Origin: a virus
Direction: 5' to 3' (one strand)
IMG/VR virus record: IMGVR_UViG_3300029581_000022
Span: 1-42,414 of that record
DNA length: 42,414 nucleotides
This document shows, piece by piece, positions 16,013-23,934 of this stretch (positions within the stretch are counted from its first letter, which is position 1; each line of letters opens with the position of its first letter). The translations under genes were made by a program, and so were the position numbers. The notes beneath the pieces are model-generated. The model was not told the DNA's origin. It worked only from the letters and a program-made list of their open reading frames with translations, and searched no databases.

Positions 16013-16080
16013 GCGAGGTTTGGGAAGCCACATAACAGGGATGGCAGTTTTGTGGAACGGTTCGACTCCGTAACCTCGCA
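16013..16080 (+). ncRNA. Minimal tRNA-like element (perfect acceptor stem plus T arm; no D arm)
   Basis: gcgaggt ... acctcgc forms a 7-bp acceptor stem. T loop ttcgact has a 4-bp stem. Discriminator a is followed by cc. Only 68 nt in all. The central arm is gcca(c)-ataacag-g(a)tggc with a bulge. It is not a canonical tRNA. Confidence 0.3.
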
Positions 16081-16199
16081 CCGTATGACGCATGGACTCA
16101 TCCCCCACAAAGCTGCACGCTTAACCTCCCGTGCCACAAGAGAAAGCTTTGAATCCCTGAGGGTGTGGGTAGACTTCCCGACGGGATGTGCGTCAAACA

Positions 16200-16230
16200 A
16201 CAGCCCTGGCGGAGAACCAGGGCTGTTTTA
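16200..16230 (+). terminator. Rho-independent terminator
   Basis: acagccctgg-cggagaa-ccagggctgt (10-bp stem) followed by tttta. Confidence 0.7.
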
Positions 16231-16234
16231 TATG

Positions 16235-16304
16235 GCCGCCTGAGCGCAGTTTGGAGCGCGTGTCAGCTGAGATATTGCTGGCTGGTTCGAGTCCAAGGGC
16301 GGTG
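16235..16304 (+). ncRNA. Degenerate tRNA-like element / pseudo-tRNA
   Basis: Acceptor gccgcct/gggcggt (2 GU pairs). D arm gcgc-agtttgga-gcgc. T loop ttcgagt with only a 3-bp stem. The best anticodon arm has a 9-nt loop (tgagatatt). Confidence 0.25.
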
Positions 16305-16310
16305 TTTTAT

Positions 16311-16383
16311 ACTCCGGTAGCTCAAGTGGTAGAGCAGCGGTCTCCAAAACCGCATGTTGCAGGTTCGAGTCCTGCCGGGAGTG
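16311..16383 (+). tRNA. tRNA-Trp (anticodon CCA)
   Basis: 73 nt: actccgg-ta-gctc-aagtggta-gagc-a-gcggt-CTCCAAA-accgc-atgtt-gcagg-ttcgagt-cctgc-cgggagt-g. One G:G mismatch in the acceptor stem. CCA is not encoded. Confidence 0.75.
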
Positions 16384-16507
16384 CTTGCATGATCTGACGA
16401 GAGCGGGGAGTGCAATAGCGGGGCATCCAGCCGCGAAAGTTCTGGACGCAGCAGCACCCACCGTTTACGCCTGTCCGTCAAACTGAATGCACGGGTGCTG
16501 CTTATAT

Positions 16508-16643
16508 GCCGTCATAGCTCAACTGGCAGAGCGCCGCCCATTTAAGGCGGGACAACATTGGTGATACCACGGGAACATCACTGCACAGCCAACCACTGCG
16601 CACATCCATTCCGTGGGTGCTGGTTCGAATCCGGCTGGCGGCA
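16508..16643 (+). tRNA. tRNA-like gene with a 68-nt insertion at the variable-loop position; anticodon loop CAUUUAA (UUU, Lys-type, but A at position 33)
   Basis: Acceptor gccgtca/tggcggc (1 GU). D arm gctc-aactggca-gagc. Anticodon arm ccgcc-CATTTAA-ggcgg. T arm gctgg-ttcgaat-ccggc. Discriminator a. Nt 16551-16618 lie between the anticodon and T arms and contain an 8-bp stem (16567-16574 / 16609-16616). Confidence 0.5.
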
Positions 16644-16657
16644 CATTCGATATTCTG

Positions 16658-16690
16658 ACCGTTCGGATTTTCCGGGCGGTTTTTCTTTTG
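16658..16690 (+). terminator. Rho-independent terminator after the tRNA island
   Basis: accgttcgg-atttt-ccgggcggt (2 GU pairs) followed by tttttctttt. Confidence 0.65.
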
Positions 16691-16714
16691 TCTGAGTTTA
16701 GAGAGGTGGTGGCG

Positions 16715-17182
16715 GTGGGCGCACGGCGGCTGACAGATAAGCAAAAAAAGAAGATCGTTGCGGACTATGTGCAGCTCCAAAGCTACCGCGCAGCCGCAAA
16801 GCTGAACGATGTTTCGGACGCGACCGTCAAGAAAGTCGTAAAGGAAGACCCGGAGAGTGCGCGCTTGTGCGCACAAAAAAAGCGGGAAAACTCGAAGGAC
16901 ATGCTTTCTTACATGGAGAGCAAGCAAGGAGAAGCACAAGAGCTTCTCGGGCTGTACCTGAAAGCGATGGCTGACCCAGACAAGATCGCGGAAGCAACAC
17001 TGCCACAGCTGTCCACGGCGTTCGGCACCATCGTGGACAAGTTTGCTATGCTGGGAGACCAGAGCGGCATAGAAGTCCCGGACGATGGCCTGCTTGAGGC
17101 CCTGAACGCTGCCGCAGACATCAGCCCGCCGGACGACGTGGATATGCTGCCAGAGGAAGAGGACGACAATGCGGAAAAGTAA
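16715..17182 (+). CDS. terS: Terminase small subunit
   Basis: RRLTDKQKKKIVADYVQLQSYRAAAKLNDVSDATVKKV is an HTH. The C-terminus is acidic. It lies immediately upstream of, and overlaps, terL. The start is uncertain (GTG at 16706, 16709 or 16715 after GAGAGG). The track's start at 16613 would overlap the tRNA-like gene. Confidence 0.65.
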   Translation: MGARRLTDKQKKKIVADYVQLQSYRAAAKLNDVSDATVKKVVKEDPESARLCAQKKRENSKDMLSYMESKQGEAQELLGLYLKAMADPDKIAEATLPQLSTAFGTIVDKFAMLGDQSGIEVPDDGLLEALNAAADISPPDDVDMLPEEEDDNAEK

Positions 17183-18416
17183 CGGTTTTCGCTGGAAAGC
17201 CCTCAGCCAGCGGCAAAAGCAGGTCCTGAGCTGGTGGACGCCGCAGAGCGCATACAGCGGCTACAACGGCATCATTGCAGATGGCGCTATTCGCTCGGGC
17301 AAGACCTTTGCCATGAGCTTTTCGTTCGTACAGTGGGCCATGACCTGCTACAGCGGCCAGCAGTTTGCCATGTGCGGCAAGACCATTGCCAGCTTCCGGC
17401 GCAATGTGCTGGGAACGCTCAAGCAGCAGCTTTCAGCCCGTGGCTACAACGTCAAGGAGCGCCGGGCAGAAAACTGCATGACCATCAGCAAGGGCGGCAG
17501 AATCAACGAGTTTTACTTTTTCGGCGGCAAGGACGAGAGCAGCCAAGACCTGATCCAGGGCATCACGCTGGCCGGGGCATTCTTTGACGAGGTGGCCCTG
17601 ATGCCGCAGAGCTTTGTCAACCAGGCCACGGCCCGTTGCTCTGTCACCGGGTCGAAGTTCTGGTTCAACTGCAACCCGGGCAGCCCGCAGCACTGGTTTT
17701 ATCTGGAGTGGGTGCGGAAATGCCGTTCCCGCAAGATGATGTATCTCCATTTCACGATGGACGACAACCTGTCACTTTCCGAGGACATCAAGGCCAGATA
17801 CCGCAGCCAGTACAGCGGCGTTTTCTATCAGCGCTACATTCTGGGCCTGTGGACCGTGGCAGAGGGCCTTGTGTATGACATGTTCGACCGCAAGAAGCAC
17901 GTCGTTGATGTGCTGCCGGAGCTGTCTCAGAAAAGCGCCTATGTGGCGTGCGACTTTGGCACCCAGAACGCAACGGTGTTCCTGCTGCTCCAGAAGCAGG
18001 CAGATGCAGACTGCTGGATCGTCACCCGGGAGTACTACTACAGTGGCCGCGAACAGAAGCGGCAAAAGACCGTGGGCGAGTACGTTACAGACCTCAAGGC
18101 GTGGTTGGGCGGTCTCAAGCCGGAAAGGATCATCGTTGACCCCTCTGCCCTGCCCCTGATTACGGAGCTGCGCAAGAACGGCTTTACCCAGACGCCCGCA
18201 AACAACGACGTTCTGAGCGGCATTCTGGACGTGCAGACCATGCTGCAGACCGGGAGGATGAAGATCTACAAAGACTGCAAGCACACGCTGGAAGAGTTCG
18301 GCGTGTACGCTTGGGATCCAGATAAAGACGACACCGTGCTGAAGGTCAACGACCACTGCATGGACGCTATCCGCTACTTCGTGCGCACAAAGCGCCTTGT
18401 GAAACTGAGGGATTGA
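17169..18416 (+). CDS. terL: Terminase large subunit (PBSX/Terminase_3-like)
   Basis: Walker A DGAIRSGKT. 415 aa. Positioned between terS and portal. Confidence 0.9.
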   Translation: MRKSNGFRWKALSQRQKQVLSWWTPQSAYSGYNGIIADGAIRSGKTFAMSFSFVQWAMTCYSGQQFAMCGKTIASFRRNVLGTLKQQLSARGYNVKERRAENCMTISKGGRINEFYFFGGKDESSQDLIQGITLAGAFFDEVALMPQSFVNQATARCSVTGSKFWFNCNPGSPQHWFYLEWVRKCRSRKMMYLHFTMDDNLSLSEDIKARYRSQYSGVFYQRYILGLWTVAEGLVYDMFDRKKHVVDVLPELSQKSAYVACDFGTQNATVFLLLQKQADADCWIVTREYYYSGREQKRQKTVGEYVTDLKAWLGGLKPERIIVDPSALPLITELRKNGFTQTPANNDVLSGILDVQTMLQTGRMKIYKDCKHTLEEFGVYAWDPDKDDTVLKVNDHCMDAIRYFVRTKRLVKLRD

Positions 18417-19801
18417 TTTTGAGCACTGTATACACATTCCAGACCTTCCAGCAGGCGCAAGCCGCCGGGGAACAGTCTGATTTTATCCGGCGGTTCGTGC
18501 AGCAGCACTGCAGTTCCGGACCCTACAAGATGGCGCTGGATGCCGACCTGTACAACGCACAGAAAAACCCGGGAGCTGAACGCTTCGCGCAGGCTTACGC
18601 TTTGATGCTGAAACGCCTATCCAAAAACACCAAGCAGGACACCCCACACCCCGATATGGTCAAGAGCAATCTTTTCCGGCGGCTCAACAAGCAGCGGGCG
18701 ACCTACTCCCTCGGAAACGGCGTGGTCTTTGCGGACGATGGCGTGGACAAGGGCAAGCTTGGGCAGAACTTTGACGAGCAGATCCAGAAGGCCGGGTATT
18801 TCGCCCTGATCCACGGCGAGAGCTTCGGATTCTGGAACAACGACCATCTGGTGGTTTTCAAGCTGACCGAGTTCGCTCCCCTGTACGATGAAAAGACAGG
18901 CTTTTTGCAGGCAGGCGTGCGCTTCTGGCGGCTGAACCCTGACACGGATATGCACTATATTCTGTACGAGCTGGACGGCTTTACTGAGTACACGGAAAGC
19001 AAAATCGGAAATGTGATGCAGGAGACAACGCCGAAGCAGGCGTACAAGAGCGTTACCGTCACCACGCCCGGCGGCGGGCTGGAAAGCGTGGAGGGCGAAA
19101 ACTACAGTGCTCTTCCCATTGTGCCGCTGTGGGGCTCCGACCTGCACCAGAGCACCCTTGTTGGGCTGAAAGCCTACATTGACAACACCGATCTGGTGAT
19201 GTCCGGCTTCTGCAATGACCTGCATGACTTTTCGGAGATCTACTGGCTGTGCGAGAACTTCAACGGCATGACCGATGACGAGCTGCAGGAGTTCCTTGTC
19301 AAGCTGAATCTGTACCACATTGCAGGCGCAGACACCAGCCAGGGCGGCAAGATCACCCCCTACACCACCGAGATTCCTGTAGCGGCCCGGGATACTCTGC
19401 TGGAGCTGCTCCACGCCCGGGTGTATGAGGACTTCGGAGGTCTGGATGTGCACTGCGTCAGCGCGGACAGCACCAACGACCATCTGGATGCAGCCTATGA
19501 ACCTCTGAACCAGAACGCGGACGACTTCGAGGCGCAGGTCAAGCCGTTCATTCGGCAGGTCTGCGCATTGGCTGGCTTTGACAACGCTATGCCGGCATTC
19601 AACCGCAGCAAGATCACCAACACAGCCGAGCAGGTCAGCATGGTCATTTCCGAGGCCGCCATCATCGGGCAGGACATGGCCATTGACCTGCTGCCCAACC
19701 TGACCCCGGAACAAAAGGAGCAGGCCAAGGCCGCGCTGATGGCTGAGAGCGCAACACGGGAGACCGTGGACGAGAAAGAAGGGGCAAAAAATGAGACATG
19801 A
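18413..19801 (+). CDS. Portal protein (SPP1 gp6-like)
   Basis: 462 aa, directly after terL. TTG start at 18413, or more likely TTG 18419, which lies 8 nt after GAGGGA. Confidence 0.85.
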   Translation: MILSTVYTFQTFQQAQAAGEQSDFIRRFVQQHCSSGPYKMALDADLYNAQKNPGAERFAQAYALMLKRLSKNTKQDTPHPDMVKSNLFRRLNKQRATYSLGNGVVFADDGVDKGKLGQNFDEQIQKAGYFALIHGESFGFWNNDHLVVFKLTEFAPLYDEKTGFLQAGVRFWRLNPDTDMHYILYELDGFTEYTESKIGNVMQETTPKQAYKSVTVTTPGGGLESVEGENYSALPIVPLWGSDLHQSTLVGLKAYIDNTDLVMSGFCNDLHDFSEIYWLCENFNGMTDDELQEFLVKLNLYHIAGADTSQGGKITPYTTEIPVAARDTLLELLHARVYEDFGGLDVHCVSADSTNDHLDAAYEPLNQNADDFEAQVKPFIRQVCALAGFDNAMPAFNRSKITNTAEQVSMVISEAAIIGQDMAIDLLPNLTPEQKEQAKAALMAESATRETVDEKEGAKNET

Positions 19802-19811
19802 CCCAGATAGA

Positions 19812-19895
19812 ATGGTCGATGCAATCCTTTTTGTTGCTGACATTGCGATTGTTGCCGGGCTGTTTCTGGCTGTTGCGCAGGCGATTGGCTTATGA
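19812..19895 (+). CDS. Tiny hydrophobic ORF (27 aa, MVDAILFVADIAIVAGLFLAVAQAIGL)
   Basis: Fills the portal-MuF gap, and its stop overlaps the MuF ATG (ATGA). No clear SD. Confidence 0.2.
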   Translation: MVDAILFVADIAIVAGLFLAVAQAIGL

Positions 19896-20923
19896 CCGAC
19901 CGCGACCGCATCTCTACCCGCCAGCTGAACCGCCTGCGCCGCCGTATCCTCCGGGTGTACGGCACTGCCCGCCGGGAGATGCAGGAGCAGCTGACCGAGT
20001 TTCTGGCCAAGTACAAAGCACTGGATGAGCGCAAGCGGGCGCAGATGGCTGCAGGCGAGATCACCGAGGACGATTACCGCATCTGGCTGCAAAACCAGGT
20101 CTTTCAGTCCGATTTGATGCGGGCAAAGCTGGACGGCATCACCCAAACTTGCACCACAGCCCAAGAGACGGCCTACAAGCTGGCCCGGGACGAGCAATAC
20201 AACATCTTTTCCTTTGGCGCAAACTGGGCGTTCTACGAGCTGGAACAGGCCGCAGGCGTGACGTTCGGGCTTACCCTGTACAACACCGAAGCGGTCAAAC
20301 TCCTTCTGAAGGAGAACCCCCGCATGGTGCCAAACAAGCGCATCAAGAGCGAAAGCAACCGCACCTATGACGCCCGAGTGTTCAACCGCTACGTCATGCA
20401 GGGCATCGTGCAGGGCAAAAGCGTCCACGACATCGCTGTGCAGGCCGTAAACGGTATGGCTGATACAGAGATCCACTGGGCCATGAACAACGCCATCACG
20501 GCACTCACAGGCGCTCAGAACGCCGGGGCATTGCAGCAGATGCGCAACGCCCAGGCCCTGGGAATCGAGGTCAAAAAGCGGTGGAACTCCACCCACGACT
20601 ACCGCACCCGTGAAATGCACCGCCTGCTTGACCAGCAGACAGCAGAGCTTGACGAGCCGTTCAAGGTCATGGGATACGAGATTCAGCGCCCCGGAGACCC
20701 CAACGCAGCGCCGGAGATGGTTTACCACTGCCGCTGTGTGCTGTCCTCTGCACTGGGCAAGTATCCTCGGCAGAACGCTATGCAGCGGGACAACGTGACA
20801 AAAGAGGTCGCGCCTGTCATGGATTACACCGAGTGGTACAAAGCCAAGGGCGGCAAAGAGAAAGAACAGATGTGGTGGGCGGAAGAGCGAAAGCGCAGAA
20901 AGGAGAGTTCCAAAAATGAGTAA
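19892..20923 (+). CDS. Head morphogenesis / minor capsid protein (SPP1 gp7, Mu F-like)
   Basis: C-terminal MuF signature FKVMGYEIQRPGDPNAAPEMVYHCRCVL. Positioned after portal. Confidence 0.85.
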   Translation: MTDRDRISTRQLNRLRRRILRVYGTARREMQEQLTEFLAKYKALDERKRAQMAAGEITEDDYRIWLQNQVFQSDLMRAKLDGITQTCTTAQETAYKLARDEQYNIFSFGANWAFYELEQAAGVTFGLTLYNTEAVKLLLKENPRMVPNKRIKSESNRTYDARVFNRYVMQGIVQGKSVHDIAVQAVNGMADTEIHWAMNNAITALTGAQNAGALQQMRNAQALGIEVKKRWNSTHDYRTREMHRLLDQQTAELDEPFKVMGYEIQRPGDPNAAPEMVYHCRCVLSSALGKYPRQNAMQRDNVTKEVAPVMDYTEWYKAKGGKEKEQMWWAEERKRRKESSKNE

Positions 20924-21308
20924 ACGAGGCTCTGGTAGTTCTACAAGGGCGAGCAGCGAGAAGACTACGCTTGATGAATTTCTCGCAAAACGTGGCTTAA
21001 GTTCGCCCATCAGCGATTACATGGACGATAAGATGCGCATTCCTCACGGCCTGACACGCCGCCAAACGGAAAAAATGCAAAGGGAAGCCCACGAGGCCGC
21101 TGCACAGTATTCCGCAAGGCGAGAGTCTGCTATTGCAGAATACAAAGCGGGCGTTGCGTCTGGCACAATCAGAGAAAAGAGCCGTGTTGAAGTTTTGATG
21201 GGCAAAGCGAAAGGGCATCCTGACAATCCTTCCACACAGGCAGCACGCCGTGCGCTGGAAAAACGTGGTTACAACTGGAAAACAGGAAAAAAGCTCAAGA
21301 AAAAGTAA
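20916..21308 (+). CDS. Basic hypothetical protein with MSKRGSGSS N-terminus and poly-Lys C-terminus
   Basis: 130 aa. Starts MSKRGSGSSTRA and ends GKKLKKK. It shares both termini with ORF 21943-22362. Confidence 0.6.
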   Translation: MSKRGSGSSTRASSEKTTLDEFLAKRGLSSPISDYMDDKMRIPHGLTRRQTEKMQREAHEAAAQYSARRESAIAEYKAGVASGTIREKSRVEVLMGKAKGHPDNPSTQAARRALEKRGYNWKTGKKLKKK

Positions 21309-21326
21309 GGTTTGGAGGGATGAGCC

Positions 21327-21950
21327 GTGATTCTGCCGATGGAAAACACCGAGAGGATGATATTTCCCGGTGTGGGTAAGTACGGCATCCCTGCTATCAA
21401 GCCGGAAACGGACATCCGCATTGACAAGCTGGAATGGATCCCGGTCAATTATGCGCTGACAGCCAAAGACAAGGCCACAAAAGGCGTGCATTTTTACAAG
21501 GACGATTACCAGTTTGAACGGTTCTGGAACAACCCCGACAAATACATTTCCCTTTTGCAACAGTTCGGGGCGGTGTGTTCGCCGGATTTTTCGCTTTACA
21601 GCGATATGCCGCTTGCGGTGCAGCTTTTCATGCACTACAAAAAGCACTGGCTGGCTGCATACTGGCAGGCGCACGGCATCCACGTCATTCCAACGCTCTG
21701 CTGGTGCGGCGAGCAAAGTTATGACTGGTGTTTTGACGGTGAGCCCAGAAACGCCATCGTGAGCATTTCGAGCCACGGCACACAATCTGACCCATACGAA
21801 GCAGAGTGCTTTGCCAAACACTGCCGCAAAGCTCTGGAAGTACTACGGCCGAGCAGCGTTTTGTGGTACGGCAAGTGCCCAGCAGAATTTGACTGGAACG
21901 TGACAAAAATCAAACCATTTCAATACGAGAGGAGGCATTACCGTGAGTAA
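21327..21950 (+). CDS. DUF4417-like protein
   Basis: HFYKDDYQFERFWNNPDKYISLLQQFGAVCSPDFSLYSDMP...GIHVIPTLCW matches my recollection of the DUF4417 pattern. GTG start 7 nt after GGAGGG. Confidence 0.5.
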   Translation: MILPMENTERMIFPGVGKYGIPAIKPETDIRIDKLEWIPVNYALTAKDKATKGVHFYKDDYQFERFWNNPDKYISLLQQFGAVCSPDFSLYSDMPLAVQLFMHYKKHWLAAYWQAHGIHVIPTLCWCGEQSYDWCFDGEPRNAIVSISSHGTQSDPYEAECFAKHCRKALEVLRPSSVLWYGKCPAEFDWNVTKIKPFQYERRHYRE

Positions 21951-22362
21951 AAGAGGTTCGGGCAGCTCTGCGAGAGCGGGCGGCGGAAGCGCTGATGAGC
22001 ACAAGTTTGAATCATTTGTAAATGGCCGCTGGATAACAGACGACAGAAAAGTTGAAGCAGAACGGCAAAGAAAGCTTGCGACTATTGTTGACAATTCGAG
22101 ATATAAGAAATCACACAACGAAACCATTGACTTTGTGAAAAAGCAAGTTGGCGTTGACCTTAACAAATACAGAACTGGTGATGGTTCTGAACCTTACATG
22201 ACAACATTTTGGGAAAAAGGCCCAAAAGTTGCATTTGATTTCAAAGGAATGTCTCGCGGCGACTGGGACAAGTTAATGCAGCTAACAACAAAGCCGTATG
22301 GCGTTACTTTTGAACAGGGCAATGCGTGGATTGGTTACATCTCCAGAAAGAAGAAAAAGTGA
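21943..22362 (+). CDS. Basic hypothetical protein with MSKRGSGSS N-terminus and poly-Lys C-terminus (paralogous ends to 20916-21308)
   Basis: 139 aa. GTG start, begins (M)SKRGSGSSARA and ends ISRKKKK. Confidence 0.6.
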   Translation: MSKRGSGSSARAGGGSADEHKFESFVNGRWITDDRKVEAERQRKLATIVDNSRYKKSHNETIDFVKKQVGVDLNKYRTGDGSEPYMTTFWEKGPKVAFDFKGMSRGDWDKLMQLTTKPYGVTFEQGNAWIGYISRKKKK

Positions 22363-22365
22363 GCC

Positions 22366-22818
22366 GTGAAATTTGAATACGACATCAAATTCACCGACAA
22401 CACCCCGCAGCTGCACGAAGCACTGGAAACGTGGGTGGAGCGGGTGCTTACCATCTGGGGCATGAAAGTGCAGGACTACGCTCAGCTGCTTGTGCCTACT
22501 GGCACGGCAGACAGTACGGGCATTGAGGGCTACGTGGGCGGCGCGCTCAAGCAAAGCCTGACTTTTGCCGTAGACCTTGCAAAAAAGACCGTGACCATCG
22601 GCAGCAACCTGTTTTACAGCGTCTATGTGGAGCTGGGAACGGGTATCTTTGCCGAGAAGGACAACGGACGCAAAACGCCGTGGGTCTGGAAGGACTTTAA
22701 CGGAAAGTGGCACTTTACCCGGGGCATGAAAGCCCGCCCATTCCTCCGACCGGCGGTGGAAGATCACATTGACGAGCTGCGAGAAATCGCGGTGGAAGAA
22801 GGAAACAAGGAGGTATAA
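22366..22818 (+). CDS. HK97 gp10-family protein (tail/neck component)
   Basis: GALKQSLTFAVD..VTIGSNLFYSVYVELGTG...KARPFLRPAVEDH is the gp10-family pattern. It sits unusually upstream of scaffold and MCP. Confidence 0.55.
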   Translation: MKFEYDIKFTDNTPQLHEALETWVERVLTIWGMKVQDYAQLLVPTGTADSTGIEGYVGGALKQSLTFAVDLAKKTVTIGSNLFYSVYVELGTGIFAEKDNGRKTPWVWKDFNGKWHFTRGMKARPFLRPAVEDHIDELREIAVEEGNKEV

Positions 22819-22820
22819 GG

Positions 22821-23138
22821 ATGACAGAACTTGAAAGCTTGAGCGCACAGCTTGAAGCTGCTGTGAAAATGCAGGAAAACGCAGAAAGACTTTATCATAA
22901 GTCTGCCGAAAGAATTGAAGAAATCAAAAAGCAGATGCTTGAGGTGAAGGAAAAGAACAGGCCCAAGGCTGCAAAAGTCGAAGAGTTGTTTGCGGCTGGT
23001 GTTCAGGCACGCAAAGCGCTTCAGGAGATGTGTGATAACGCATACGGCGAGGGTAAAGCCAAAATTTCTGTTTTGGTCTATGTTCCGTCCGAAGCGCAGG
23101 ACTATCCGACGGACACAGACTGTGAATTTTCACTCTAA
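22821..23138 (+). CDS. Coiled-coil hypothetical protein
   Basis: 105 aa, AAGGAGG upstream. Confidence 0.5.
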   Translation: MTELESLSAQLEAAVKMQENAERLYHKSAERIEEIKKQMLEVKEKNRPKAAKVEELFAAGVQARKALQEMCDNAYGEGKAKISVLVYVPSEAQDYPTDTDCEFSL

Positions 23139-23150
23139 AACTGAATACTC

Positions 23151-23182
23151 AGCGGTTGGCGCACAGCGTCAGCCGCTTTTTT
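23151..23182 (+). terminator. Rho-independent terminator inside the morphogenesis region
   Basis: 11-bp stem agcggttggcg / cgtcagccgct with loop cacag, followed by tttttt. Confidence 0.7.
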
Positions 23183-23184
23183 AT

Positions 23185-23261
23185 GCCGCTTTAGCTCAGG
23201 TTGGCAGAGCGCCGGATTTGTAATCCGGGGGGCGTGGGTTCAAGCCCCACAGGCGGCACCA
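23185..23261 (+). tRNA. tRNA-Thr (anticodon UGU), CCA encoded
   Basis: gccgctt-ta-gctc-aggttggca-gagc-g-ccgga-TTTGTAA-tccgg-ggggc-gtggg-ttcaagc-cccac-aggcggc-a-cca. All arms are canonical. Confidence 0.9.
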
Positions 23262-23337
23262 CACCGGCAGCACGTCCGGCAAATTAAACCTTATTGCCAA
23301 GCATGGCAGCCCGAGCAAGGGCGGAAAGGACTATCAC

Positions 23338-23931
23338 ATGGCACTCGAACGCAAGACTCTCCGGGCGATTCTGGAAGATGAAACGACCGACACCAGCGGC
23401 AAGCTCAAGAAAATTCTGGACGTGCTGCATGAGGAAACGGACACTTTGCAGAACCAGCTCGATGAGAAGAACGCAGCCCTCGCCAAAGCCGAAAAGGACC
23501 GCGACGAGGCCAACGGCGGCAAGCAGGCCGCAGAAAAGGCTTTGACTGACTACAAGGCCCAGCAGACCCAGAAGGACACCCACGCAGCCAAGGAAGCCAA
23601 ATTCCGGGAGCTGCTGAAGACCGCCGGGGTGCTGGACAAGTACGCAGACCGCGTTGTGCGGCTGTCCGGCGAGGACATCGACAAGCTGGAGCTGGACGAA
23701 AAGGGCAACGTCAAGGACGCCAAGAAGCACACCGACAGCCTGAAAGCTGATTGGGGCGACTTTGTGGCTACGACCACGATCACCGGCGCGAAGGTGGACA
23801 ACCCGCCCACCAACACCGGCTCCAAAATGACCAAAGACCAAATTTTTGCAATCAAGGATTCTACCGAACGGCAGGCCGCGATTGCAGCAAATATCGACCT
23901 GTTCAATGGGACAGGCGATGGAAAGGACTAA
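23338..23931 (+). CDS. Scaffolding protein (GP20-like)
   Basis: 197 aa, highly charged coiled coil, immediately upstream of the capsid gene. Confidence 0.75.
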   Translation: MALERKTLRAILEDETTDTSGKLKKILDVLHEETDTLQNQLDEKNAALAKAEKDRDEANGGKQAAEKALTDYKAQQTQKDTHAAKEAKFRELLKTAGVLDKYADRVVRLSGEDIDKLELDEKGNVKDAKKHTDSLKADWGDFVATTTITGAKVDNPPTNTGSKMTKDQIFAIKDSTERQAAIAANIDLFNGTGDGKD

Positions 23932-23934
23932 CTT

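Noticed and set aside
16013-16230. tmRNA (tRNA-like acceptor/T arm followed by a structured region and terminator)
   Set aside because: The 5' and 3' acceptor strands are only 36 nt apart, so there is no room for a tag reading frame or pseudoknots between them. No resume-codon or tag ORF is evident downstream.
19798-20028. 76-aa plus-strand ORF between portal and MuF
   Set aside because: It overlaps the MuF coding frame out of frame, is Leu/Pro/Arg-rich, and has no SD. Only the tiny 27-aa ORF 19812-19895 was kept, at low confidence.
18617-21010. 797-aa ORF on the minus strand spanning the portal and MuF genes
   Set aside because: It lies antisense to well-supported plus-strand genes. Its composition is the R/G/L/V/H/A-rich low-information type typical of shadow ORFs in high-GC DNA, and it has no SD. 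The same reasoning applies to minus-strand ORFs 23284-25314, 27177-28208, 28746-30215, 30034-32253, 32547-33494, 33621-34502, 36542-37372, 38921-39757, 40734-41414 and 41353-42201.
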